From Blastocatellia bacterium (GTDB lineage: Bacteria > Acidobacteriota > Blastocatellia > UBA7656), in the NCBI GenBank assembly GCA_035293105.1, contig DATDOV010000100.1, positions 90,857 to 154,856 on the forward strand: a stretch of DNA of 64,000 nucleotides. Direction: 5' to 3'. Within the stretch, counting starts at the first letter, position 1; each line of letters begins with the position of its first letter. This document shows, piece by piece, positions 8,681-17,730 of the stretch. The notes beneath the pieces are model-generated. The model saw nothing but the letters and a program-made list of their open reading frames with translations. It was not told where the DNA came from and made no database searches. The translations under genes were made by a program, and so were the position numbers.

Positions 8681-11161
8681 ATGAAGCGCGCGGTCTTGTA
8701 CGTCGTTGTCACGATGCTCATCTGCTTTTCGTTCAACGTCCCTGCGGTCGCGCAAGACACTCAGGGATCCTATTCCCTGCCGCCGGGCCATGTCATCCCC
8801 GGCCGGCCCTGGTCCAGCATTATCCCCGATCCCGACAGGTTCGACTGGACAGCTCGCGACGGCGGCCGGCCAGGTTACCGGTACCGCGGGATGCTGCCCA
8901 TGCAGCAGCGGTTCTACGACTACATCCAGCAGCAGCGACGTGCCAACATACCCCTGAGTTGGGCGGAGCAGGCGACGATCCGCTGGCTCATCTCGTCTCG
9001 GCGGTGGCCCGAAGCGCCCCGGCCCAACGCTTTCTGGTCGGCTTTCATGCGCTACCTCCGCGACCAACCGACCAGGAACCTCAACATCGCCCAGTCCATC
9101 ATGCTGGACCAGCTACGCTCGCGTGGCCTCGTGCCCGTCGACAGGGCTCCTGATCCCAATTTCGCGCGCATACGCGACTACCTCAACTCCGGTCCCTTTC
9201 ATTCGCGCAACTGGTTCGAGCGCGTTTTCGGCCGCGCCGAGCCTTGGATGGACAATCTCTACGCGGGTTGGGGGTATGACCTTCGGCCCAGCGCGCCGTC
9301 CGGCAATTCCTTCCCTGCGGGCGACCCTTTCAACGGCTTGAAGATCACTTATAACGTCAGCGGCGCGACGCTGAGCGCACCTGTCGACAGCGGGAGCTTC
9401 ACCATCAATCGCAGCTTCAAAGGAGTCCTGGGAACCGGCATGCTCGCCATTTCCGGCACGGTTCGCGTCGGCGGCTACGGCGCGGACGTCAGCCTCAGCG
9501 TCTGGGCGGGCGACAAGAAGGAAGAGAAGAAGTTCTACGTCGAGAACAAGGGCAGCAACGGCAACCCTCAGAACTTCAACCTCTCGGTGCCGATCCCCGG
9601 GGGGGCGCGCACCGGCGGCTTCGCCATTCGACTAGACGGCCGCTACTCGATGGGCGGCGGCCACCGCGGCTGCTACGTGACGGGTGAGTTCGGTCCCTCA
9701 CAAGCCCAGATCGACGCCGATCGCGCCGCTGCCGACGCCAAGTGGCGCCGGGAGGTCGAGGACACCCTCGCCCGCCTCGGTTATCAGAACACGCCCGAGG
9801 GCAAAGAGATCGAGGAGATGCGCAAAGCCCTGGCCGGCGGCGACGCGGCATGGAAGGCCTTCGTTGATGACCGTCTCGAACGGATGCGCGGGGACGACTC
9901 TCCCGAGATTGCGGAGTACAAGGAACTGGAGAACGCGATGACGGCCGGCGGCGCGGAGTGGGATAAATACGTCGCGGCTCATGGCACGTCCGGATCGACC
10001 GGTAGTCGCGGCAACGCCGTGGCGGCTTCGTCACTCATAAAACAGGGCCGCGACTACTACGAGAAGAACAAGTACAACGAAGCCGCCGATGCCTTCACGA
10101 AGGCGATCGAAGCCAATCCTGATTCGGCGGAAGCCTACACGGGCCGCGGCAACGCCAGGCGCAGCTTGCGCGACTATGCAGCCGCAAGCGCCGACTTCAA
10201 CAAGGCGATTGCACTCGATGCGCGAGCTTCCGAAGCCTATCGCGGTCGCAGCATGGTCAAGCGCGCGCAGAATGATTTCAGCGGCGCGCTGGCGGACGCG
10301 AATCGCGCGATCGATCTCGCGCCGAATTTCGATCGCGGTTATTTGACGCGGGGACTCGCGCGCGAAGGTCTGAAGGACCTCGCCGGCGCGCTCTCCGATT
10401 ACAACCGCGCGATCTCGCTTGATCCGAGCTACGCTATGTCCCACTACTATCGCGGCCGCGTGCTATTTGAGAGCAAGGACTACGCGAGGGCGATCCCGGA
10501 CTTCAACCGCGCGATCTCGCTCGACCCAAGTTACGCGATGTCCTATTTCCAGCGCGGACGCGCGCGATATGCGAGCAAGGACTACGATGGCGCGCTTGCA
10601 GACTACAACCGTTACATCGAGATGAACGCGACCGACAGCGCTGCGTTCAACAATCGCGGCCTGGTGAAGGAACGACTGGGAGACAAGAACGGGGCTATCG
10701 CTGATTACGAAAAAGCAGTCAGCATTAATCCTCAGAACGAAATCGCGAAGGGAAACCTCAGTCGTTTGCGAGCGACCTCCACAGCGACAAACCCATCCGG
10801 CTATCCCGATGTCGCGGGCGAGTGGGTTGAAGTATCGGGATATCCCTCGAACGGGAGCCCGATCACTATCACTCAATCCGGCGCTAACATTGTCGCAGTC
10901 GGTCGCTACACCATCGGGAATACTGCAATTGCATATAGAGTCGACGGGACCCTGACGCGTGACGGAGTGATCACTGGGCGGCTGGTCCACACCAAGGGCG
11001 TCTCGCCCGGTTCGCCGGGATTTGCCCAGGACCGGCGGATGACGCTCACGCCAGACGGCAACACCCTCAACATCTCGACAGCGTCGGTGGGTGGTGGAGG
11101 CGCGCATCAACTGAGTTGGCGGCGACGGGATCCAACGTCAACGAAGACAACCCCGCCTTAG
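8681..11161 (+). CDS. secreted TPR-repeat protein (826 aa) with unknown N- and C-terminal domains
   Basis: Signal peptide MKRAVLYVVVTMLICFSFNVPAVAQD. About 10 TPR units in aa ~450-700 (AEAYTGRGNARRSLRDYAAASADFNKAIALD..., YYRGRVLFESKDYARAIPDFNRAISLDP..., FNNRGLVKERLGDKNGAIADYEKAVSINP). Confidence 0.7.
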   Translation: MKRAVLYVVVTMLICFSFNVPAVAQDTQGSYSLPPGHVIPGRPWSSIIPDPDRFDWTARDGGRPGYRYRGMLPMQQRFYDYIQQQRRANIPLSWAEQATIRWLISSRRWPEAPRPNAFWSAFMRYLRDQPTRNLNIAQSIMLDQLRSRGLVPVDRAPDPNFARIRDYLNSGPFHSRNWFERVFGRAEPWMDNLYAGWGYDLRPSAPSGNSFPAGDPFNGLKITYNVSGATLSAPVDSGSFTINRSFKGVLGTGMLAISGTVRVGGYGADVSLSVWAGDKKEEKKFYVENKGSNGNPQNFNLSVPIPGGARTGGFAIRLDGRYSMGGGHRGCYVTGEFGPSQAQIDADRAAADAKWRREVEDTLARLGYQNTPEGKEIEEMRKALAGGDAAWKAFVDDRLERMRGDDSPEIAEYKELENAMTAGGAEWDKYVAAHGTSGSTGSRGNAVAASSLIKQGRDYYEKNKYNEAADAFTKAIEANPDSAEAYTGRGNARRSLRDYAAASADFNKAIALDARASEAYRGRSMVKRAQNDFSGALADANRAIDLAPNFDRGYLTRGLAREGLKDLAGALSDYNRAISLDPSYAMSHYYRGRVLFESKDYARAIPDFNRAISLDPSYAMSYFQRGRARYASKDYDGALADYNRYIEMNATDSAAFNNRGLVKERLGDKNGAIADYEKAVSINPQNEIAKGNLSRLRATSTATNPSGYPDVAGEWVEVSGYPSNGSPITITQSGANIVAVGRYTIGNTAIAYRVDGTLTRDGVITGRLVHTKGVSPGSPGFAQDRRMTLTPDGNTLNISTASVGGGGAHQLSWRRRDPTSTKTTPP

Positions 11162-11343
11162 AACGCGATCAACATTATTGGCGAGGATTGCGTGGAACAT
11201 GATGGAGCGCGCCAAAGCCGTGACTTTCACCGGGAAGTAGCCGTCAGGCTACTTGCGCGGATTCATACTATGGGCTTGGTGCGTCGGGGCAATTCGAGCA
11301 TCTGGAATTCAGTTACTAACCCTGGATCTCGCTTGCCGGCGTG

Positions 11344-11421
11344 GCAATGAGCACCCACGCGCCCGCGAGTCACTGACAGCCGTGATGGCTGTCATAGATT
11401 CCATCAAAGCCAAATCTCTAG
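11344..11421. repeat. direct repeat, copy 2 (~78 bp) downstream of TPR gene
   Basis: Matches 8544-8618. It lies in the convergent intergenic region between the TPR gene and the STAND NTPase gene. Confidence 0.6.
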
Positions 11422-11504
11422 CACGACCGAGGCTGAGCTGCTAGTTCTTTCGGGCACGTGACTGGCAGGGGAGCAGCCGAAAGCGGACTGACGAACCGTC
11501 AGTC

Positions 11505-13481
11505 TCAACGTTGAGAGTCTACAGGTCGCACCGGTCCGCCCGTCACGATCTCCCTTATCTTTCTCACTTCCGCTTCAGCCTTATTCAACTCGTCGTAGGA
11601 AGATTTGCGGAGGGCGAGGTAACTATTGCAATCCACGGGCAATCGATACGCGCTCTTCAGACGATTTATTTCGCCTTCGGCCCTCAATCCTTGTTGCTCT
11701 ATTTGTCTCGACAGTTGTCTCAATCTGTCCACCTCAGCGACCATTCTCATTTCATCCCGTCCATTGGTTGCATCGGCTATTGCCTCGTCTCTTTCTTGCT
11801 CAAGCGCCGCCGCCTTGGTAGTCAGCGCACTCACCTTGCCGTCAAGTTCTTTCCTGGCCTTCTCAGCCTCCTGGTACGCCGCCAGCGCTGCCTCCTCCGC
11901 AAACAATGCGTCCGCACGCCCCATTTCCGCAAACGCCCTCGCATCGTCGGCTTTCTTCACGAGGTCGTCCCGCACCGCCTTCTCGTACGCGGCCTGACCC
12001 CTCGCCTCGATTTCTTGACGTGCCGAGTCACGATCAGCAAGCGCATCTCTAACTTCGGTTCTAGCGATAGCCGCCTCAGTCCTAGTTTGAATCACCAGGA
12101 CGGCCACTGAAGCTATTACGAGAGCGGCCATTAGACAGATACCAACCAGCCAGTACAACCGTCGTCTCCTGACTCGGTCCGCTTCCTCAAGTCTACGGCG
12201 CTCGATCTCCGCCAGTCGTTCCACCTTCTTTTGACTTATCCATGGAACGAGAAACTCACTGACGATGTCATAGAAGTAGGTATTGTACCGTCGTTCCCGA
12301 CGGACAAGTTTGGTGTCCTCCACCAAGGCATTCAAAGCAGCTTTCAACCGGCCTTCAGGGATGTTCTCGCCGTCAGGCGCCCGACCGATCAGGTCTTCTT
12401 CGGAAACGACGTTGCGTGTACCGGCGGCGGTTACGAGGCGGCTTAGCAAAGCTACAGCCGGGTCTCGGAGATCATCTGCACGACGCGAGCTGTCGCTGGC
12501 TAACCGGGCACCGGAAAGCAACGCCATGGCCGGACTCGGCGGATCACCTGCAAGCTGGTTAAGAGCGTCCGATAGATAGTCCTCCAGAAGACCCTGAACG
12601 CCTCTCTGTTTGAACAAGCCTCCGGGGTCGGGGGACTCCCACAGCCTTCGGCAGGCAATCTGAACCTCGGACAAGCTGAGCGCCCCGGATTCCGTTCGCT
12701 CATCAATGGCGGCTGCCAAATCCTGAGCCAGTTCCGGTGAGAGTTCCGCCCTAAAGCTCCCTGGGAACCTCTCGAAAGGTCCACGGATAATGTTATCCAA
12801 TGCCTTCGTACGCAGCGTCGTTAGCCGCAGGTATTGATCCGGCAATTCGGGGCAGAGCACGAATAACTTCGTGAGCTTCGCCAGGTAGTCTTCCCTGAAT
12901 GTGAACAGGAGCTTCACCCCAAGCCGCGGGTCGCGCATCAACTCGACCACAGCCTGGAGAATCGCCTGCTGCGCGGCTTGAGCTTCTTTCAAAGCCTCGC
13001 CTCGCGGGGCTTCCTCGAACAAGGTGACGAACTCTTCAAACTGGTCGAAGATCAACAACGGTTGCCGGTCGGCCGCTGCGGCCCTGAGCTTCTCCATGAA
13101 AGCGCTAATAGAGAGCACGATGCGCGGGCGCTCCTCGTCATCGGCGAAGACCGACGGCAGGAACGGTGCCTTGCCGTCGCCGGGAATCGAGATGCGCTCG
13201 ACGACGATCTCCTCATTGCGGGGAGGCTGAACGCGTAGTCTTTCCGGCGTAAAGCCCTCGGTGATCGTCGCTGGGATCAATCCCGCGTTGATCAGAGAAG
13301 ACTTGCCCGAGCCCGATTCGCCGTAGAACAACACGCCGCGATAGATCGTGACGTAGCGCAGCAGCTTCCTAGTTTCTTCCTCTCGCGCGAAGAAGATCGC
13401 TTGATCGGCATAGCGGAAGGAGTCGATTCCGCGGTAGGGCGACTCGGGCAGCGAAAGCGGCGCGGTTGCAGAGCTTGTCAT
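11505..13481 (-). CDS. nSTAND/NACHT-like P-loop NTPase with C-terminal transmembrane helix and long coiled coil
   Basis: The N-terminus PYRGIDSFRYADQAIFFAREEE...VLFYGESGSGKSSLINAGLIP (Walker A) and Walker-B-like LLIFDQFEEFVTLFEE are the pattern of bacterial STAND NTPases usually fused to WD40/TPR. Here aa ~447-470 form a TM helix (LYWLVGICLMAALVIASVAVLVI) followed by ~190 aa of heptad-rich coiled coil. The start overlaps the stop of the upstream SIR2 gene (ATGA). Confidence 0.75.
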   Translation of the reverse strand: MTSSATAPLSLPESPYRGIDSFRYADQAIFFAREEETRKLLRYVTIYRGVLFYGESGSGKSSLINAGLIPATITEGFTPERLRVQPPRNEEIVVERISIPGDGKAPFLPSVFADDEERPRIVLSISAFMEKLRAAAADRQPLLIFDQFEEFVTLFEEAPRGEALKEAQAAQQAILQAVVELMRDPRLGVKLLFTFREDYLAKLTKLFVLCPELPDQYLRLTTLRTKALDNIIRGPFERFPGSFRAELSPELAQDLAAAIDERTESGALSLSEVQIACRRLWESPDPGGLFKQRGVQGLLEDYLSDALNQLAGDPPSPAMALLSGARLASDSSRRADDLRDPAVALLSRLVTAAGTRNVVSEEDLIGRAPDGENIPEGRLKAALNALVEDTKLVRRERRYNTYFYDIVSEFLVPWISQKKVERLAEIERRRLEEADRVRRRRLYWLVGICLMAALVIASVAVLVIQTRTEAAIARTEVRDALADRDSARQEIEARGQAAYEKAVRDDLVKKADDARAFAEMGRADALFAEEAALAAYQEAEKARKELDGKVSALTTKAAALEQERDEAIADATNGRDEMRMVAEVDRLRQLSRQIEQQGLRAEGEINRLKSAYRLPVDCNSYLALRKSSYDELNKAEAEVRKIREIVTGGPVRPVDSQR

Positions 13482-14359
13482 AGCGGCATCTCCTCGCCCG
13501 TAACGGCACGGTACAGTTTCGGAAGGAAAGTCCAGACGTCCTGCGCGATGAACTTGACGTACTGCTCCTGGTCGGCCAATACCTTAACTAACAAGAGGTC
13601 GGGATGGGGATCCACGGAATACGTGTTCGGGCGGTTCGCTTTATCGATCCGCCAGCGCAGGGTCTTGAACAGCAGCCGGAGGTTGTAATCCATGAGGCTG
13701 TAACCCACGAACAACGTCGGCCAGCGCTTGAAGTTGTAGCGGAAGGTCTCCGGCACCGGGTGGTAGGGGTCCTTGTCGCTCATACGCAAGACGAACTGAA
13801 TGTAGTCTTCATCGGTGACGACGATGGATTCGGGTTTCTGGATATCGCCATGAATCTTGAAGACGAAAGGCCGCGTGCTGGTCGCGTCAGTGTAGTCGGC
13901 CGTCACGGTGTACTCTTCCTTGCTGTAGACGCCGATGTATGGGTCCTTTGCCGCGTCCCACAGCGCTCTTTCATAGAGTTGGTCGTAGTTGGTGGTGATG
14001 ACGAGCGGAAAGTTCAATCGCGCGAGCGCGCGAAGCACGGGCGAAGGCTTCTTCCCGACCTGCACAGCACTGACCATCTCTTCGACCAACTCGCGCCGCG
14101 AGCGTTTCGTCTCGTAGTACAGCGACACTCTTTGGAGATTGCCCGTGCTCTCGCGGGGGAACTGCTCGGCAAAGCCGCTCTTGGCGGCGAGCCGCTCGGA
14201 GAGCGCGCGGCCGAGCGGCGGGCGCTCGGATTCAGGGTAGCTGTACTTCGAACCTTCGGGCGGCGGGTAATGCACACCAGCTCCCATGAAGAGAATACAC
14301 TGACCGTTGTTCACCTTCTCGGCAATCGCAGCAATCGTCGCCTCGTCGGCATGCTCCAT
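13478..14359 (-). CDS. SIR2-like (SIR2_2 / DSR-ThsA-type) NADase-domain protein
   Basis: Motifs CILFMGAGV, NFPLVITTNYDQLYERA, FKIHGDIQKPESIVVTDEDY and LFVGYSLMDYNLRLLF are characteristic of the SIR2_2 family. The start was chosen at MEHADE (ATG 14359), with RBS AAGGAG 8 nt upstream. The longer ORF (to 14626) would overlap the vWA gene. Confidence 0.8.
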   Translation of the reverse strand: MEHADEATIAAIAEKVNNGQCILFMGAGVHYPPPEGSKYSYPESERPPLGRALSERLAAKSGFAEQFPRESTGNLQRVSLYYETKRSRRELVEEMVSAVQVGKKPSPVLRALARLNFPLVITTNYDQLYERALWDAAKDPYIGVYSKEEYTVTADYTDATSTRPFVFKIHGDIQKPESIVVTDEDYIQFVLRMSDKDPYHPVPETFRYNFKRWPTLFVGYSLMDYNLRLLFKTLRWRIDKANRPNTYSVDPHPDLLLVKVLADQEQYVKFIAQDVWTFLPKLYRAVTGEEMPL

Positions 14360-14538
14360 CGTAGTCCGCTCCTTCGTGACGGTCAGGTGACTTGCAATGA
14401 GATTTATGATTGCGCGGCGGATATCGACAGGGGTTACATCCGCGTCGTGGCTAATCCTACTACAAAAAGCAGCGTGACTGATAGTAGGGAGGAGGTGGCC
14501 GTCAAAAGGGACTCTGGGAATCGAGAGGTCCGGAGGAG

Positions 14539-16230
14539 TCAACGCTTCGCCCGCAGGACAACCACTTTGTCTTCGCCTTCCTTGACCTCGAAGTCTATGC
14601 GGTCGTACTCGCCCTTCTGCCTCCAACCGGTGACGCTGTATCGCCCGGGAGTAAAGGGGTACTTTTCGTTCGAGTTCCTGAAGATTCTCTCATTGCCGTT
14701 GGCTGTGCTGGCGAAGCACCGATCGGGTTTATCCGGCGTGCCATCGGCCTTCTGATAGACGAAGGTCACGTGGCCGACCGGAACCGTGATGTCGAAGTGC
14801 TGCTGCTTCTGGTCGGTCACCACGATCCCGGTCTTGACGTACGGTGTCAGAGCGTTGGGCAAACGCACATCGTAGACGCCGGGAAGCACAGTCTCGCCCA
14901 GCGTCATGTGCACGCGGTACCTCTTCTCGCCGTTTTGCCATAGCTCGTAGTTCTCGCGAAACCATATTCCCGAGCCCGACGCCACCATCTTCACCGTCAC
15001 CCGAACCGTGTGGGCCATGCCGAAGACGATTTCTTTGCGTTCTCCGGCGGCGATTGTTGCCGTCGTCGAGAGATCATTCGCAGCGTTAGGCCGCGCGCGA
15101 AACTCGTAGGCGCCTTCATCGACGAAGACCTCATCAAAATAGCGGAAACTGAAGACCTCTTTGCCGTCTTGAAAAGCATGGACCAGCGAGCCGCGCTGAT
15201 CCTCGCCCTGGTCGGTGAATCGCGCTCTCACGGTTGGCGGCGTGGGGACCTCGACCTTGACCACAGTCGCGCCGGTATCCGCGACTTGGACGCTCTTGGT
15301 CACGGGCCTGTACATATTGCCGTTAGCCGTCGGAACCCCGGCCGTCAGCGTGTACTGGCCGGCCTCGACGCGGCCGGCGCTGCTGCTTGTAACTTTGTAA
15401 AGGTCCCGGCCCTCGCGCGAGAGAACGCCGACGACTCTTATGCGGCTCCCCGCTGCGTCGACGCCCTGTAACCAGAATCCCGCGAGGGCTGCTTGCGCTT
15501 GCTTATGGATCTTCCCCATTTCATCAGCCAGCGTTAAAGCCGACTGGGCATCGTGATACTGGGTGCCTGCTGCGTTGGAGATGCACTCGAGGGTCTGTCG
15601 CTCTTTTTCGCCGAGTCCGAAGCCGACGACGTGAACCTTGATCTTCACGTTTTTGTTTTTCCACTCGCGGACCAGCGCGCACGGGTCGGCTTCGCAAGAC
15701 TCGATGCCGTCGCTGATGAGGATAATCTCGCCGGGCCGGTCGCCGAAATCTTTGAGGGCCTCAGCGAGGCTGTACGTTATCGGCGTTCTGCCAATCGCGT
15801 TTATTCGCTTGATCGACTCCTTGAACTGAGCGACGACTTTTTCGGGAGGGCCGAAGGGAATTAGAAGCTCAGAATCCGCGCAATCCTCTTTTCTCCGGTG
15901 GCCGTAGACTCGAAGCGCGAGGTCGTAACCGGGAAAATCCTTGGCGACGAAATCCTGGAGTACCTGTTTGGCCGCATCGATCCGGCGCGACTTGTCGGGC
16001 AAACGCGCCATCATCGAGCCCGACGCGTCGAAGATGATATAGATGCCGGCCGCTTTGTTTTCCTGCTGGGCAGCTTGAGCCGCAGAGTCGGGTGAGGGGG
16101 CATCATCGCTGCGCTTCTCAACTACCGGTGTAACCACCGCCGGGTTGTTGCCCGCGTCGCCTGACGGCGGAGCGGTGGAGCAACCGGCGATGGCGCATAC
16201 GACCGCGATGTAAATCAGTTCAATCTTCAT
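14539..16230 (-). CDS. von Willebrand factor A (vWA) domain lipoprotein with C-terminal beta-rich domains
   Basis: Lipoprotein signal MKIELIYIAVVCAIAGCS. vWA MIDAS-type start IYIIFDASGSM...LISDGIESCEADPC...VHVVGFGL. Confidence 0.7.
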   Translation of the reverse strand: MKIELIYIAVVCAIAGCSTAPPSGDAGNNPAVVTPVVEKRSDDAPSPDSAAQAAQQENKAAGIYIIFDASGSMMARLPDKSRRIDAAKQVLQDFVAKDFPGYDLALRVYGHRRKEDCADSELLIPFGPPEKVVAQFKESIKRINAIGRTPITYSLAEALKDFGDRPGEIILISDGIESCEADPCALVREWKNKNVKIKVHVVGFGLGEKERQTLECISNAAGTQYHDAQSALTLADEMGKIHKQAQAALAGFWLQGVDAAGSRIRVVGVLSREGRDLYKVTSSSAGRVEAGQYTLTAGVPTANGNMYRPVTKSVQVADTGATVVKVEVPTPPTVRARFTDQGEDQRGSLVHAFQDGKEVFSFRYFDEVFVDEGAYEFRARPNAANDLSTTATIAAGERKEIVFGMAHTVRVTVKMVASGSGIWFRENYELWQNGEKRYRVHMTLGETVLPGVYDVRLPNALTPYVKTGIVVTDQKQQHFDITVPVGHVTFVYQKADGTPDKPDRCFASTANGNERIFRNSNEKYPFTPGRYSVTGWRQKGEYDRIDFEVKEGEDKVVVLRAKR

Positions 16231-16355
16231 CGGACCCTCTGTTCGCTTGTCTTCCTTCGCAGTGGTTCGTCTCCGAATCAGTAGGCGCGACAACTTGGTG
16301 GATAAAAGCCAGTGTGAATAAACCGTAGTCGCGGCGCCGGCAAGCCCGCCGGGAA

Positions 16356-16958
16356 TCAGAATGACACCTGGATGCGTATCTCTATCTTGACGCTGCCGGA
16401 GCCATGCTTCCCGTAGTCATCGGCGGCCTTGCGGTTCATCTCAACGCCCAGCTTGATCTTGTAGTTGGCCCCGACCTTCCACTCGCCCAGATCGGCTTTG
16501 GCCCTATTGAGAAACTTCCGGGCCTTGTCGTTCTTGTCTCTCTCGTCTCTGGCGGGCGGGTCCTGCAGGCTGATCGAATCGAGCTGCTTTTCCAGGTCGT
16601 CGAGTTTCTTCTTAAGCACGTCTGCCTTAGCTTTCAAGCTCCGCATGCAGCCGACGAAGGTCTCAGCCACCAATCGATATGCCTTGGCCCAGTCGTCCCA
16701 CTCTTCTTTCGGCGCGCCGTCCGCCGGACGATTCGCCTTCGCAAACTGTTGGAAGGTGTCAAAATTCAACGAGCACTGTTCAAGCTGGTTCAGCGTCTGA
16801 TTATAAGCGGCCACCGTCGCATCGTAGGTTTCTTCGACCGACTGTTCCCGGCCGAACGCAGACGCGGGAAACGCGAGCGCGACGACAATCGCCGCGAGCA
16901 CTACGACCGCCGTATAGCGAGCGCCCCTTCTGTCACCGTCGGTCAACACGCTTCTCAT
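16356..16958 (-). CDS. small secreted coiled-coil protein (hypothetical)
   Basis: Signal peptide MRSVL...AFPASAFG. EEWDDWAKAYRLVAETFVGC motif shared with 18797..19285. Confidence 0.45.
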   Translation of the reverse strand: MRSVLTDGDRRGARYTAVVVLAAIVVALAFPASAFGREQSVEETYDATVAAYNQTLNQLEQCSLNFDTFQQFAKANRPADGAPKEEWDDWAKAYRLVAETFVGCMRSLKAKADVLKKKLDDLEKQLDSISLQDPPARDERDKNDKARKFLNRAKADLGEWKVGANYKIKLGVEMNRKAADDYGKHGSGSVKIEIRIQVSF

Positions 16959-16988
16959 GATGCCCTCCTTCCATCCAATCATCCGTGG

Positions 16989-17690
16989 TCAGTCTTTGTT
17001 TCCTCGCTTCAGCCCTTCCAACGCCTTTTTTACATCCGCGCCTTCCGTGATTGTCACATCTGACGGGATTGCGAACTTATCGGCGGGAATCGAGGCGTCC
17101 GCGTCGAATCTCGTAGCCGTACTCGTGATCTCCATCCCGGCCATCTTCGTTTGCACCTTCAAGGTCACAGAGTTCCAGACCCAGCTCTTGCTGCCGAGGT
17201 TTTTCACCTCCCAGACGTCGCACATCTTGCCGGCTACCTCTTCAGAGCCGGTCTTCACTCCTCCCATGTCTCTCATCATCTTTTCGCCAAGCTCGGCCAG
17301 GTCTTTCGTACCGGCACGGTCGGTGATCTGTTTGAACAAGGGGTTCTGTGTTTTCGCGCCGGTCCTTTTGTCGAGGTCGATCGCGTAAATCCACTCGCCG
17401 TCCAACAACGTCAGCCTGTTGGATCTCTGAGTCATTCCTGCGACGGTTAATTCGCTCCTGGTGTACTTTGCTTCGCGCATTCCCCATCGGTCGAAGTACA
17501 CGGTTTCGGCGCCCTTCTGCGCGCCGCTCATCGTGTACTCAACGATGCCGGACTCTATCTGATATCGCTTAAAGCCGGCGTCCTTCATTCCCTCGCTCTT
17601 CATCTCGCCGCTGCTTGTGCCACTCGGTTTACTGCATGCGCTTGCGAGCGACACTAGCAACAGAAGGGCAAACAGGCTCCACGTTTTCAT
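16989..17690 (-). CDS. hypothetical lipoprotein
   Basis: MKTWSLFALLLLVSLASACS lipobox. ATG at 17690. Confidence 0.5.
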   Translation of the reverse strand: MKTWSLFALLLLVSLASACSKPSGTSSGEMKSEGMKDAGFKRYQIESGIVEYTMSGAQKGAETVYFDRWGMREAKYTRSELTVAGMTQRSNRLTLLDGEWIYAIDLDKRTGAKTQNPLFKQITDRAGTKDLAELGEKMMRDMGGVKTGSEEVAGKMCDVWEVKNLGSKSWVWNSVTLKVQTKMAGMEITSTATRFDADASIPADKFAIPSDVTITEGADVKKALEGLKRGNKD

Positions 17691-17730
17691 GAAAACTCTC
17701 CTCCGTGACTGGTTTGAATGAACCGGTGGA

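Noticed and set aside
14360-14626. N-terminal 89-aa extension of the SIR2 ORF (start at 14626)
   Set aside because: It would overlap the vWA gene by 88 nt and is Arg/Gly-rich. The internal ATG 14359 has an AAGGAG RBS and begins exactly where SIR2_2 homology starts.
13604-14755. 383-aa plus-strand ORF
   Set aside because: It lies antisense to the SIR2-like gene and the vWA gene 3' end. It has no motifs, whereas the minus-strand reading gives textbook SIR2_2 motifs.
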